Below are positions 11,858-22,250 of a DNA stretch of 64,000 nt, one piece after another. Both the position numbers and the translations under genes were made by a program. This DNA comes from an uncultured Solirubrobacteraceae bacterium. GTDB lineage: Bacteria > Actinomycetota > Thermoleophilia > Solirubrobacterales > Solirubrobacteraceae. Location: positions 9,676 to 73,675 of the forward strand of contig CAWIGW010000006.1 of the NCBI GenBank assembly GCA_963835865.1, in the 5' to 3' direction. Within the stretch, counting starts at the first letter, position 1, and the number at the start of each line of letters is the position of its first letter. The notes under the pieces were generated by a model. That model did no database searches, was not told the DNA's origin, and was given only the letters and a program-made list of their open reading frames with translations.

Positions 11858-12745
11858 GTGGCCGACTATCCCGCCACGATCACCACGCGCCCGCCGGGAC
11901 CGGCGCAGCCGCGTGAGCCCGACCCGACGGCACCCCGGCGGCGTTCCTCGGCCGCCGTCCGGCTTTTGGCGGTGATGATGATCACCCTGGGCGGGCTGGC
12001 ACTTGCAGACGGGGCGATCACGCTGCTCTGGCAGGAGCCGATCTCGGCCTTGATCGCAAAAATTCACCAGGGAGAACTGAGCAGCGATCTCGCCCGCGAG
12101 GAACATGCCGCTCCCCCGGCCGCCGAGCGCCGGGTGCTGGCCGGCCTTGCAACAGAGCGGCGGAGGATCTCATTCCTCGCCGAGAATCTGGAACGCCGGG
12201 CAGGCAACGGCAGCGCCGTGGGCAGGATCGTCATCCCCAAGATCGGCGCCTCCTTCGTCGTCGTCAAGGGGACAGACACGGCGGACCTCGAGAGCGGCCC
12301 CGGGATCTACTCGGAAACACGGTTCCCCGGTGGCGGGCGGACGACCGTCATCGCAGGGCACCGAACCACCTTCCTTGCGCCCTTCCGCCACATCGACGCG
12401 CTCGTCCCCGGCTCGACGATCCAGCTGCGGATGCCCTATGCCCACTTCATCTACACGGTCATCGGCCACCGGGTGGTCCAGCCGCAGAATGTCCGCGCCG
12501 CTGTCGCCGGCTTTGGCTACCAGCGGCTGGTCCTATCCGCATGCACACCGCTGTTCAGCGCCGCCAAACGCCTGCTCGTCTACGCCCGCCTGACCCGGAC
12601 GGTCCCCGTCGGAGCGGCGCGGCTGCTGAGGGGCGGGCTGGTGGCCAGGCCGATCGAGTCGCCCATCCACAAAGCCCCGCCACGGGCTCTACCACCGGTG
12701 CTCGAATCCCTCAATCCGCAACGCGTCGCCCCGGTCGCTCAATAG
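11858..12745 (+). CDS. Class E sortase
   Basis: N-terminal TM, GRIVIPKIG, IAGHRTT, LVLSACTPLFSAAKR. Confidence 0.9.
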   Translation: MADYPATITTRPPGPAQPREPDPTAPRRRSSAAVRLLAVMMITLGGLALADGAITLLWQEPISALIAKIHQGELSSDLAREEHAAPPAAERRVLAGLATERRRISFLAENLERRAGNGSAVGRIVIPKIGASFVVVKGTDTADLESGPGIYSETRFPGGGRTTVIAGHRTTFLAPFRHIDALVPGSTIQLRMPYAHFIYTVIGHRVVQPQNVRAAVAGFGYQRLVLSACTPLFSAAKRLLVYARLTRTVPVGAARLLRGGLVARPIESPIHKAPPRALPPVLESLNPQRVAPVAQ

Positions 12746-13669
12746 CGTCACGCCCGGCTCGCCCCGGGCGACCTCGCCGATCCAGCTGAGCCCCACCAGG
12801 CCCTCCAGGGCCGACTCGATCGCGGCGCGTGCGGCCGGCGGCGCGCAGAAACAGAGCTCGTAGTCTTCGCCGCCGCCGGCGGCCAGCTCCCAGGCCGCAA
12901 GGGACAGGCCGGCTGACACCTTCTCGACCCCCGGCGCCAGCGGCAGAGAAGCAAGCTCGATCCGCAGGTCGCAGCCGCTGGCCCGGCCGATGTGGCCCGC
13001 GTCGGTCGCCAGCCCGTCGGAGATGTCGATCATCGCCGTGGCCCCCGCCCGAGCGACTGCCATCCCGGCCTCCAGTCGGGGGAGTGGATTCCTGGCGCGC
13101 TGGAACATGGCTCCCGCCTCCTGGCCGGCCTCGGCTCTGCCCTCCATCACCGCCAGGGCCGCGGCCCCTGCTCCCAGCTCACCCGTCAGGCCGATCAGCT
13201 CACCCGCAGCGGCACCATCGCGGCCGAGCAGTTCGCCGGGCGTCTCGCACCAGCCGTTGACCGCGATCGAGACCATCAGTACCGGGGCCCCCACCACATC
13301 TCCGCCGGCGATCTCGGCACCGACGCCGCCGGCCAGTGCCCGGGCGGCGGCGACGAGCGCCAGGGCTTCGGCCTCCGAGAAATCGGGAGGAATGCCCAGC
13401 GACAGATATGCCTCGCCCGGCTGGGCGCCCATGGCCGCGAGGTCCGAGAGGGCGCCCGCAAGCGCCCGGTGGCCCACCTCGGCCGGCGTGGCCCAGCCCT
13501 CATCGAGACGGAAGTGCACGCCCTCGACCATCGTGTCCAGAGAGGTGACGCAGAACGGACGGGCCCTGACAACCGCCGCGTCGTCACCGATCCCCCGCAC
13601 GAGCCTGCTGGCCGGGCCGGGGCTCCCCAGCGCTGCGGCGATCGACTCGATCAGGGAGCGCTCAGCGAT
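12689..13669 (-). CDS. thiL: Thiamine-monophosphate kinase (start codon uncertain)
   Basis: [45 protein letters not shown]-terminal GFEH. Confidence 0.92.
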   Translation of the reverse strand: MAERSLIESIAAALGSPGPASRLVRGIGDDAAVVRARPFCVTSLDTMVEGVHFRLDEGWATPAEVGHRALAGALSDLAAMGAQPGEAYLSLGIPPDFSEAEALALVAAARALAGGVGAEIAGGDVVGAPVLMVSIAVNGWCETPGELLGRDGAAAGELIGLTGELGAGAAALAVMEGRAEAGQEAGAMFQRARNPLPRLEAGMAVARAGATAMIDISDGLATDAGHIGRASGCDLRIELASLPLAPGVEKVSAGLSLAAWELAAGGGEDYELCFCAPPAARAAIESALEGLVGLSWIGEVARGEPGVTLLSDRGDALRIEGFEHRW

Positions 13670-13880
13670 GCCTGTAGACGATCCGCGCGCGGTCGAGGTC
13701 GTACGGAGATAGCTCGCAGCGGACGCGGTCGCCCGGCAGGATCCGGATGCGGAAACGACGCATCTTGCCCGCCACGTGCCCGAGAACGACATGGTCGTTG
13801 TCCAGCTTCACGCGGAACATCGCGTTCGGCAGGGCCTCGATCACCTCGCCCTCGAATTCAACCTTGTCCTCCTTGGCCAC
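13662..13880 (-). CDS. infA: Translation initiation factor IF-1
   Basis: [28 protein letters not shown]...GKMR...ILPGDRV..ELSPYDL.R.RI.YR. Confidence 0.97.
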   Translation of the reverse strand: MAKEDKVEFEGEVIEALPNAMFRVKLDNDHVVLGHVAGKMRRFRIRILPGDRVRCELSPYDLDRARIVYRHR

Positions 13881-13939
13881 GCCCCCAAACTACCAGCGTC
13901 GGGCACCCAGGTGTGGAAACGGGTGTGCTCCGCCGCGCC

Positions 13940-16048
13940 TCAGCCGGGTCCGGCGCCGCCGGTTTTGTTGACTGTCGGAGGAGCTTCTTCTTTCGGCGCC
14001 GGTTCTTCGGTGACCGCCGGCGGGGCCGTCCCGGGGGTCTTCTTCTTCTTGGACTTCTTGGAGCCTTCTTCGGACTGTTCCTTCTGCGCCGCGGCTAGGC
14101 CGGTCGCCGCGTATTTTCCGTAGAAGGGGGCGTAGGTGATGCCTTCGCTGGATTCTTTGAGCGTCGCGCAGGGGTGTGTTTCGGTGACGGGCGCCATGAA
14201 GGCATGCCAGATGTCGGCCGGCAGATAGCCACCCTGCTGGGGTGCGCCGTGGACATCTGTCATTTCGACCCGCTTGGTCGGATAGCCCATCCAGACGGCC
14301 GTGGCGTATTCGGAGTTGTAGCCGTCCAGCCAGGCATCGATCAGGTTGTTGGTCGTTCCGGTCTTGGCCGCCGTCGGGCAGTTGATGGCCGATTTCGTGG
14401 CGGTGCCGCCGAGGACGTTCTGGTGCAGGATCGCCGTGAGCTCGCCCGCCACAGGTTCGCTGAGGACGCGTTCGCGGTGGGGTTTGCCCCAGTTGGTGTC
14501 GGCATGGCCGTCGGGAAAGACCACCTTGGTGATGGCGATCGGGCTGTTGCGCACGCCTCCGTCGGCCAAGGTGGCGTAGACATCCGCCATTTCGAGCGGC
14601 GTCACGCCGAGGCTGAGGCCTCCCAGCGCCTGGGCCGGGTTGCCCAGGAGATGGGTTTTCACCCCGAGCTTGTAGGCCATCTGGGTGATCGATTCCTCAC
14701 CGAGGTCGGCAGCCAGCTGCGCATATACGGTGTTGTCTGAAGCCAGCGTCGCGGTTACCAGGTTGATCGGGCCTTTGGCCTCGCCTCCGAAGCCTTCGAC
14801 TTCGTAGTTGGGTTCTTCCGCCAGCCAGCCCTTGTTGAGCTTGTGCGAGTTGTAGATCGTCGAGTTGGGGTCCACGCCTTTGGAGAGGGCGGTCGCCAGG
14901 ACGATTGCCTTGAAGGTGGAACCGGGCTGGCGGTGCCCGTCGGCGGCGAGGTTGTATTGCGACTTCTCGTAGCTCTCGGACTCGGCCATCGTCTCGATGT
15001 CGCCATTGGCCGGATTGATCGTGACGATCGCCGAGGCGGGGTCTTCCGGCTCGTTGAGGACTTCGGCGATCGCCTTGCGCGCCAGCCGCTGCATGTTGAG
15101 GTTGATCGTCGTGTAGACCTTCAGCCCGCCCTGAGCCACGGCGGCCCTGCCATAGCGCTTGTCCAGCAGCTCGTGGACGTATTCGAAGAAGAAGTCCTCG
15201 CGGCGCTGGGTGTAGAAGTTCCCGTGTTCGGTTTCCAGCTTCGCGTGTTCGGCGGCCGTCGCTTCGGCGCCCGATATGTAGTGGAGCTGGGCCATCTTGT
15301 GAAGCACCTCGTTGCGGCGGACCCGTGCTTCGCGGGGGTTCGAGAAGGGGTTGTACTGAGACGGAGCCTGCGGCAGACCTGCGAGCAGGGCCGACTGCTG
15401 CAGGTTCAGCTCCGAGACCGGTTTGTTGAAGAAGATCCTCGCCGCCGCCTGGACCCCCACGGCCGTCTGCCCGCCGACGGTTCCGTAGGGAACGCTGTTG
15501 AGGTATTCGGTGAGGATGAACTGCTTGCTGTGTTCTTTCTCGTAGTCCAGGGCCATCTTGGCCTCGACGATCTTCTGTTCGAAGGTGTGCCGGTAGCCCC
15601 CCAGGTAGAGGTTGCGCATCAGCTGCATAGTGATCGTCGAACCACCCTGGAGCGTCGAGCCGTGGACGACGTCCTTGACGGCCGCCCGGAAGATGCCCGT
15701 CAGGTCGACCCCGTCGTGTTTGTAGAAGCGCTGGTCCTCGATGGCCACCGTCGCGTCCCTGAGGTGGGTGGGGATGGAGTTCCAGCCGACCGGTGTCCGC
15801 AGCGAGTCCGAGGCGATGAAGCCCAGCCGGGTGCCGTCGGCGGCGAAGACCTGCGAGGAGCCGCCCGTGATCAGGGGATGGCGCTTGCTGGGCGGGGTCG
15901 CCGATGCGGCCACGTTGAGCACGTAGGCAACCCCGGCGATCGTGGCGATGACCAGGGCTGTCGCGAGGACTCCGCCGAGCATCAGCACGACGCGGGTGCC
16001 ACCGGCTGTCGTGTGCCGCTGCCGGCGCTTGCGGGCTTGTCGAGACAT
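13940..16048 (-). CDS. Class A penicillin-binding protein (transglycosylase-transpeptidase)
   Basis: EDQRFYKHDG, QGGSTITMQL, QPGSTFK (SxxK), SDN, KTGT. Confidence 0.93.
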   Translation of the reverse strand: MSRQARKRRQRHTTAGGTRVVLMLGGVLATALVIATIAGVAYVLNVAASATPPSKRHPLITGGSSQVFAADGTRLGFIASDSLRTPVGWNSIPTHLRDATVAIEDQRFYKHDGVDLTGIFRAAVKDVVHGSTLQGGSTITMQLMRNLYLGGYRHTFEQKIVEAKMALDYEKEHSKQFILTEYLNSVPYGTVGGQTAVGVQAAARIFFNKPVSELNLQQSALLAGLPQAPSQYNPFSNPREARVRRNEVLHKMAQLHYISGAEATAAEHAKLETEHGNFYTQRREDFFFEYVHELLDKRYGRAAVAQGGLKVYTTINLNMQRLARKAIAEVLNEPEDPASAIVTINPANGDIETMAESESYEKSQYNLAADGHRQPGSTFKAIVLATALSKGVDPNSTIYNSHKLNKGWLAEEPNYEVEGFGGEAKGPINLVTATLASDNTVYAQLAADLGEESITQMAYKLGVKTHLLGNPAQALGGLSLGVTPLEMADVYATLADGGVRNSPIAITKVVFPDGHADTNWGKPHRERVLSEPVAGELTAILHQNVLGGTATKSAINCPTAAKTGTTNNLIDAWLDGYNSEYATAVWMGYPTKRVEMTDVHGAPQQGGYLPADIWHAFMAPVTETHPCATLKESSEGITYAPFYGKYAATGLAAAQKEQSEEGSKKSKKKKTPGTAPPAVTEEPAPKEEAPPTVNKTGGAGPG

Positions 16049-16131
16049 CTGCGGAGCTTCGAGATTACCGTGCCCAGGTGTGTTCTCCTGCCAGTTCCCT
16101 CGCACCGATCTCTAGGCTCGGTGGGAGCCCG

Positions 16132-17508
16132 ATGAACTCTGAGACAGCCGATACGGCGGGCCCGCCGGGTGCGAGCCTGCGCTCGGCTCAGGGACGCCTG
16201 GCCGCACTGAGGGCCGACCCGGCCAGGATGACGGCCCTGCGCGACAGCTGGCGGGCGCTCTGGACATCGCGCCTGCTCGTCTGGACCGCCGGGGTCGGCA
16301 CAGTCCTGGTGCTGGGCTTCGGGCCCACTCGGGGGGCCTTCAACCCGCCGGGAGTGACTCGGGGCTTCGGCGGCCTGGGGGACGTCCTGGCGGCGCCGGC
16401 CGCCCGGTGGGACTCGGCCTGGTACCTGGTGATCGCCCGCTACGGCTACCGGCCCGACCTGGGCCACTACACCGCTCCTCGCACGGCCTTCTTCCCGCTC
16501 TACCCATTGGGCCTGAAAGCTCTCTCCTGGCTGGGAACGCCGCCGGTCCTGGCAGGTGTGGCGATCTCGGTCGGGGCCCTGGGGCTGGGTCTCTACGGCA
16601 TCCATCGTCTGACGACGCTCGAGCTGGAGGCCCGCGGGGTGGCGCGGCCGGCCGAGGCCGCCCGGCTGGCGGTGCTGCTGACCGCCTTCGGGCCGATGGC
16701 CTTCTTCTTCTCGGCCGTCTACTCCGAGTCTCTCTTCCTGGCCCTGTCGGTGGGCCTCTTCTGGAGCGCCCGGAACGGGCGTTGGGCACTGGTCGGCGTC
16801 CTCGGTGCGCTCGCCGCGGCGACCCGCAGCGCCGGAATCGTGCTGCTGCTTCCTGCCCTGATGCTCTACCTGTACGGCCCCCGCCTGGACCGACCTCCCG
16901 ACCGCATGCGCGCCACCTCCAGGCGGTGGTTGCCCAGCTATCGCCTCCGGGCGGAGGTGCTCTGGATCGCCCTGCTCCCGGCGGGGGTGGCTCTCTACGG
17001 GCTCGGTCTGGCGCTCGACGGGGGAGACGCCTTCGCGCCCCTCCACGCGCAGGACGTCTGGGGACGGCATTTCGCAGGTCCCTACCTTGGGATCTGGGAC
17101 GGTACGAAGGCGGCCTTCGAGGGAGCCAGGCAGCTCCTCTCGTTTCAGCGGCAGACGATCTATTTCAAGCAGGGCCTGGGCAGCCCGACCGTGGCGGCCT
17201 CCCACAACCTGACCCTGTTCGCGTTCCTGCTCCTGGCCCTACCCCTGTTCGTGGCGGCCCTGCGCAGGCTCCCGCTCGCCTATTTCGCCTATGCCGTCGC
17301 CGCACTTGCCCTTCCCCTGTCCTATCCCGTCAGCTCCCAGCCGCTGATGTCCCTGCCTCGTTTTCTGATCGTCCTGTTCCCCCTCGGCATGGCCGGCGGA
17401 GCCTGGCTGGCCGAGCATCCACGTGCGACACGCCCGCTGCTGGCAGGATCAGGGGTGCTGATGGCCTTTTTCCTCGCCCAGTTCGCGACCTGGCACTGGG
17501 TCGCCTAG
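16132..17508 (+). CDS. GT-C mannosyltransferase (PIG-V-like family)
   Basis: RWDSAWYLVIARYGY, AFFPLYP, FFSAVYSESLFLAL, ATRSAG, SLPRF; polytopic. Confidence 0.85.
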   Translation: MNSETADTAGPPGASLRSAQGRLAALRADPARMTALRDSWRALWTSRLLVWTAGVGTVLVLGFGPTRGAFNPPGVTRGFGGLGDVLAAPAARWDSAWYLVIARYGYRPDLGHYTAPRTAFFPLYPLGLKALSWLGTPPVLAGVAISVGALGLGLYGIHRLTTLELEARGVARPAEAARLAVLLTAFGPMAFFFSAVYSESLFLALSVGLFWSARNGRWALVGVLGALAAATRSAGIVLLLPALMLYLYGPRLDRPPDRMRATSRRWLPSYRLRAEVLWIALLPAGVALYGLGLALDGGDAFAPLHAQDVWGRHFAGPYLGIWDGTKAAFEGARQLLSFQRQTIYFKQGLGSPTVAASHNLTLFAFLLLALPLFVAALRRLPLAYFAYAVAALALPLSYPVSSQPLMSLPRFLIVLFPLGMAGGAWLAEHPRATRPLLAGSGVLMAFFLAQFATWHWVA

Positions 17509-17510
17509 AG

Positions 17511-18419
17511 ATGACCGAGACACCCGCCATCGATCCCATGCCGCCGGTCGACCTCGAGCCGTTCCCCGACGAGCCCGTCGAGGGCGATACCCGCCACTCG
17601 CCCGACACGGACTGGTCGCCCTGGAGCGCGCCGGTGGCGTTGCTGGGAGGGCTGGTGCTCGCTGCCGTGGCCGGCCTGGTGGTCGATCTGCCGGCGCTCG
17701 CCCTGGGCGTGAAGCTGACGAGCTCGCACACGCCCGCAGGCCTGGTGATCGCCGACACCTTCGTGCAGGACGTCGCCTTCGTCGTGGCGGCCTACTACTG
17801 CGCCCGCATGGGGCACCGGGTTGTACGCGCCTGGCAGTTCGGACTGCGCCCCCCCGGTGCGGGATGGCGCTCGGCGGCGCTGATGATCGGGCTGTTGCTG
17901 CTGGCCTTCATCATGCTCGACGCGGCCTGGTCGGAAATCGTGCATCCCACGAAAGAGAAACTGCTCGAAACCCTCGGCACCAAAGAAAGCACGGCCCTGC
18001 TCATCTTCAGTGCGGCCCTGACATGCATCGTGGCGCCGATCTCCGAGGAGGTGCTCTTCCGCGGTTACATCTTCACCGCTCTGCGCAACTGGCACGGGAC
18101 GCTTCTCGCGGCGATCCTCACGGGGCTCGTCTTCGGCGGCGTCCACGCCACCTCGGCCCCCGCAGCGGACCTGCTGCCCCTTGCCCTCCTGGGCTTCGGT
18201 CTGTGCCTGCTCTACCGCTACACCGGCTCGCTCTACCCCGGGATGCTGGCCCACGCGCTGAACAACTCGATCGCCTTTGCCAGCCTCGCCGGGTGGAGCT
18301 GGGCGGGCGCCATACCGCTGATCATCGGCGCGCCGGCCTCCATCCTCCTGCTCGTGGCCGCGTGCAACCGGGCGGGGCTCTTCACCTCCCCGACAGGACT
18401 TTCCCGCTCGGCCGCGTAG
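17511..18419 (+). CDS. CPBP (Abi/CAAX) intramembrane metalloprotease
   Basis: APISEEVLFRG, FGGVH, HALNN. Confidence 0.9.
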   Translation: MTETPAIDPMPPVDLEPFPDEPVEGDTRHSPDTDWSPWSAPVALLGGLVLAAVAGLVVDLPALALGVKLTSSHTPAGLVIADTFVQDVAFVVAAYYCARMGHRVVRAWQFGLRPPGAGWRSAALMIGLLLLAFIMLDAAWSEIVHPTKEKLLETLGTKESTALLIFSAALTCIVAPISEEVLFRGYIFTALRNWHGTLLAAILTGLVFGGVHATSAPAADLLPLALLGFGLCLLYRYTGSLYPGMLAHALNNSIAFASLAGWSWAGAIPLIIGAPASILLLVAACNRAGLFTSPTGLSRSAA

Positions 18420-18429
18420 GATCGTTGTC

Positions 18430-19485
18430 ATGAAAACGATTCTTCGCCCGGCTGCCCTCAGCGCGGCAATCACCTGCCTGTTCGCTCTTCCGGCCATGGC
18501 CGCCGCTGAAACGCCGCCGGTGGCGAGCACTCCGGCGCCCGCCCCGGCCCCGGTGCCGCCGCCTGTAGCCGGCAAGATCAAACTGGTTCTGCAGAAGGTC
18601 GGCGGCAAACCGCTCTTCGCGCGGGTCGGGCGCCGAGTCGTCGTGCGCGGCATCGTCACCCCCTACGTGGCGGGCCAGTCGATCAAGGTGAGCTTCTACC
18701 GTGACGGCCGAAAGGTCGGGGTCGAGACGGTCGCGGTGCTTCCGGTGGGCAACGGCGCCGGGCAGTTCCATGTCGGTTTCACCAGCCACGATGCCGGCCT
18801 CTTCGAAGCACGGGCCGCTCACTATGCCAGTGCCGCCCAGCTCGCCTTCGCGGGCCGCTCGCAGGGCGTGAGGTTCGTCAACGAGAATCTCGGGCTGGGC
18901 GCCTCGGGCGCATCGGTCCGCCTGCTGCAGTCCGAGCTCAGCCAGCTCCACTATTCGGTTCCCCTGAGCGGCGTCCTCGACGAAGCCACCGGTCGCGCCC
19001 TGGTGGCCTACCGCAAGATGACCGGCCTCTCGCGAATCGCCTACTCGGGCAGCGATGTCTTCGGGCGCCTCGCCCAGGGAGCGGGCGAATTCCATGTCCG
19101 CTACCGGCGCGACGGCCGCCACATCGAGGCTGACCTGACCAAGCAGGTCCTGGCCGAGATCGAACCTGGCGGGAAGGTCCGCAGGATCTACACGATGAGC
19201 TCCGGAAAGCCATCGACGCCGACTGTGATCGGGCGCTTCACCGTCTACAACAAAGAACCCGGCACCAACTCACACGGGATGGTCGACTCGAGCTACTTCA
19301 TCCGCGGCTACGCGATCCACGGCTACGCCGAAGTGCCGACCTACGCCGCCAGCCACGGCTGCCTGCGTGTGCCGATCCCCGATGCCCCGGCCATCTACGG
19401 CTGGGTCACCTACGGAATGCCGGTGGACGTCTACAACGAGAACGGCAGCGGCAGCTCGGTAGTCCGGTCGAACGCCGGCCCCTAG
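18430..19485 (+). CDS. L,D-transpeptidase with a peptidoglycan-binding domain, secreted
   Basis: Signal peptide, LGLGASGASVRLLQ PG-binding segment, YAIHG...ASHGCLR. Confidence 0.88.
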   Translation: MKTILRPAALSAAITCLFALPAMAAAETPPVASTPAPAPAPVPPPVAGKIKLVLQKVGGKPLFARVGRRVVVRGIVTPYVAGQSIKVSFYRDGRKVGVETVAVLPVGNGAGQFHVGFTSHDAGLFEARAAHYASAAQLAFAGRSQGVRFVNENLGLGASGASVRLLQSELSQLHYSVPLSGVLDEATGRALVAYRKMTGLSRIAYSGSDVFGRLAQGAGEFHVRYRRDGRHIEADLTKQVLAEIEPGGKVRRIYTMSSGKPSTPTVIGRFTVYNKEPGTNSHGMVDSSYFIRGYAIHGYAEVPTYAASHGCLRVPIPDAPAIYGWVTYGMPVDVYNENGSGSSVVRSNAGP

Positions 19486-19490
19486 CCGGA

Positions 19491-19511
19491 GCCCCTCCCG
19501 GCCGGAGGGGC
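19491..19511. terminator. GC-rich hairpin between convergent genes
   Basis: gcccctcc-cggcc-ggaggggc, an 8-bp stem just after the stop at 19485. Confidence 0.5.
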
Positions 19512-19516
19512 GGGCT

Positions 19517-19870
19517 CTAGGATCTCACGCGTAGAACGCGGGCGACGTAGCCGAGGCCGAAGCCGTAGACGAGCAGTGCCAGAACGAGTTCGACGCTTCG
19601 TTTGGCCCATTCGCTGGAGCTGGTGACGATCCCCGAGAAGGGCGAGGTCAGCTTGGACGAGGCTTCGTCGAGCGCCTTGTGCGCCGAGCTCTTCTTTTCG
19701 GTGGAGCCTTTGCCTTCGTTGACGGTTTCGGAGGATTCGCCCAGGACTTCCCGCTGATGGCCCGAGGCGGATTTCGTCTGGTTGACGGCGAACACAATGA
19801 ATGAGGCGACAACGATCAGGCAGATCACGACCGATGCGACCCTGATCAGTTTGGCGAGGATGCGGAGCAC
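19517..19870 (-). CDS. Small two-TM hypothetical protein
   Basis: 3' part of ORF 19517..20338 from GTG 19870; two hydrophobic helices flank a hydrophilic loop. Confidence 0.65.
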   Translation of the reverse strand: MLRILAKLIRVASVVICLIVVASFIVFAVNQTKSASGHQREVLGESSETVNEGKGSTEKKSSAHKALDEASSKLTSPFSGIVTSSSEWAKRSVELVLALLVYGFGLGYVARVLRVRS

Positions 19871-19892
19871 AGCGGCTAGATTAGGTCGCGCC

Positions 19893-20474
19893 GTGGACGC
19901 CGCCGAGCAAAGCCCCATCCGAGTGACGCCCGCGAGCGGCTGATCGCCGAGCTGCGCGAGCACGCCCTGGTGATCGGGGAGGTCACGCTGACCAGCGGCG
20001 CGGTGGCCCAGTACTACGTGGATGCCAAGCGGGCGATCCTCTGGCCGGAGGGCTTCGCGGCCCTGGGGGAGCTCCTGGCGGCCCAGGTGGCAGCCTGGAA
20101 CGGGACGGCCGTGGGCGGCCTGACGATGGGGGCCGACCCCGTCGCATGTGCCGCTCTTGCGGGGGGCGCCGATGCCAAGGCCTTTTTCATCCGCAAGGAC
20201 GCCAAGGCACACGGCCTGCAGCGACGGATCGAGGGCCCCACGCTCGATCCGGGCGAGCGATGCGTCGTCGTGGAGGACGTGGTGACCACCGGCGGCTCGA
20301 CCCTGACGGCCATCGCTGCCCTGCAGGAGGCCGGCCACGAGATCTGCGGCGTCGTCAGCGTCCTGGACCGTCTGGCCGGCGGGGGAGCAGGCGATCGAAG
20401 CCGCCGCCGGAGCGCCCTACCTGGCCCTGACGACGATCGACGACCTCTACCCGAACCGTCCCGACCGCTCCTGA
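19893..20474 (+). CDS. pyrE: Orotate phosphoribosyltransferase (frameshifted)
   Basis: LTSGAVAQYYVD, GGLTMGADP, RKDAKAHG, VVEDVVTTGGS; TGA at 20472-20474 overlaps the next ATG. Confidence 0.92.
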
Positions 20475-20978
20475 TGGGCGAGGGGGTCACGATCCGCGAG
20501 GCGACGCCGGCTGACATCCCGGCGATGCTCGAAATGATCCAGGAGCTCGCCGACTACGAGAAGCTCACGGACCTGATGCGAGCCACCGAGGAGCTCTACC
20601 AGCAGGCGCTGTTCGGGGAGCATCCCGGCGGCAGAGGCGCTGATCGCCGAGCACGACGGCCAGACGGCCGGCTATGCCGTGTTCTTCCCGACCTTCTCGA
20701 CCTTCCTGGCGATCCAGGGGATCTGGCTGGAGGACATCTTCGTCCGTCCCGCCCACCGCAAGGCCGGCACGGGCAGAGCCCTGCTCTCAGCCGTCGCGTC
20801 GCGGCTCATCGAGCGAGGCGGCGATCGTCTGGAATGGTCGGCTCTGAAGTGGAACGAGCTGGCCCTGGGCTTCTATCGCGGACTGGGCGCTCAGAGGATG
20901 GACGAGTGGGTGACGCACCGTCTGATCGGCGATGATCTCCACCGCCTCGCCGCCAACCCTTCGCGCCCTCCGGCCTGA
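20474..20978 (+). CDS. GNAT N-acetyltransferase (SSAT-like; frameshifted)
   Basis: IREATPAD...ELADYEK; FSTF...GIWLEDIFVRP.HRKAGTG...LEWSALKWN...FY. Confidence 0.88.
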
Positions 20979-21027
20979 GCCTCCGGCGGTAGCCTTCCTT
21001 GCGCCAGGCCTCCAGCCGGCCGGCCAC

Positions 21028-21099
21028 GCCCTCGTAGTCCAATGGATAAGACGACCGCCTCCTAAGCGGTAGATCCAGGTTCGACTCCTGGCGGGGGCA
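21028..21099 (+). tRNA. tRNA-Arg, anticodon CCT (CCA not encoded)
   Basis: Acceptor GCCCTCG/CGGGGGC+A, D arm, anticodon arm ACCGC-CTCCTAA-GCGGT, T arm CCAGG-TTCGACT-CCTGG. Confidence 0.96.
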
Positions 21100-21160
21100 T
21101 GGAGGGGACCGACTACTCACGCGCCCGAGGACCAGGGCTCTCGGAGGATCTTCGGATGGA

Positions 21161-21639
21161 TTAGGCGCCGGGGCCGCCGATGATCTTGACGAGAGTCCGC
21201 TCGAGGGCCCGGAGGCCTGCGCCGGGCGAGGTGTGTGCCGATCTTCTAGTGTGAGTACGGCGTCGTGGGTGACCCTGGCCTTCGCGAGCTTCTATTCCGC
21301 CGTCGAACGTGAGCGTTGCGCGGAGCGCCCGGGCATCGTCGGGGTCCGGGTCGCGGCGCACCAGTCCTCGGTCTTCGAGTCGGCCGACAAGTCGGGTCAT
21401 CCCACCCGAGGACAGCATGGTTGCGCGGGCGAGGTCGGTCATGCGCAATTGGCGGTCAGGCGCGTTGTCCAGGGTTATGAGGACATCGAATTCGGTGATC
21501 GATGATCCGGTCGTGGGTGTCGAGTGCGTCGTCGAGCATCGCGCAGCACGCTGGACGACACCTGAAGCAGGCTGATGCCACGCACTCTACGCGGGTTCGG
21601 GCTTGAGATTGCTTCTCGGAATTGGGCTAGGGTTGACAT
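21161..21639 (-). CDS. MarR family regulator (multiple indels; may be a true pseudogene)
   Basis: ITEFDVLITLDNAPDRQLRMTDLARATMLSSGGMTRLVGRLEDRGLVRRDPDPDDAR. Confidence 0.8.
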
Positions 21640-21659
21640 GGGAGGAGGATTAAAATAGC

Positions 21660-21683
21660 ATATTTGTTTTGCAAGACAAATAT
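21660..21683. promoter_or_regulatory. AT-rich palindrome, probable MarR operator
   Basis: atatttgttttgcaagacaaatat is a 24-bp palindrome with one mismatched pair, between divergent marR and VOC genes. Confidence 0.7.
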
Positions 21684-21752
21684 CCTAACCAATGACGCAA
21701 GGAGCTATACGGATGCGCCTAGACGCCGACGCCCTACGAAAGAGGAGGCTGA

Positions 21753-22141
21753 ATGGTGATGAAACAAGAACAGGATCTCGGCGGTACTGTGCAGCACCGA
21801 TTTGGACCGGAGCCAGGAGTTCTACGAGCAGACGGTCGGCCTGAAGCTCTCGCCCGAGAGCATCCCGAACCATCTGTTGTTCGAGGGAGCCGATGGAACA
21901 ACGCTCCTCTCTATGGACGCCCCGGTGCCAATCAGGCCGATCACACCCAGGTACGTCTGTGGTCGACACGACGTCGTGCACGAGGTCCAGAGAGCTGGTC
22001 GCGCGAGGCGTGGTGTTCGAGGACTACGACTTTCCGAAGCTCAAAACGGTTGGCCACGTCGCGACAACTCCCGGCATCGGCACGTCCGCGTGGTTCAAGG
22101 ACCCGGACGGCAACACACTCGCCCTCTTCCAGCCCGAGTAG
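21753..22141 (+). CDS. VOC/glyoxalase family protein (frameshifted)
   Basis: DLDRSQEFYEQTVGL...ELVARGVVFEDYD...AWFKDPDGNTLAL. Confidence 0.85.
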
Positions 22142-22250
22142 CCGACCACCAGACGACGAGGGCCCTCGCAGATCACGCGAGGCCCGCATCGTGGCGCATC
22201 TGACGCCGACGGTTGTGCCACACGATCACACCAACAATCAAAGGAGACAA

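Noticed and set aside
3081-16135. Long antisense ORFs (e.g. 3081..4439, 8659..10026, 14843..16135, also 50262..51386 and 62308..63756)
   Set aside because: These are shadow ORFs opposite well-supported genes, expected from high-GC codon bias.
21633-21656. Sigma-70 promoter TTGACA...TAAAAT
   Set aside because: The spacer is only 12 bp, and the TTGACA overlaps the marR start codon on the opposite strand.
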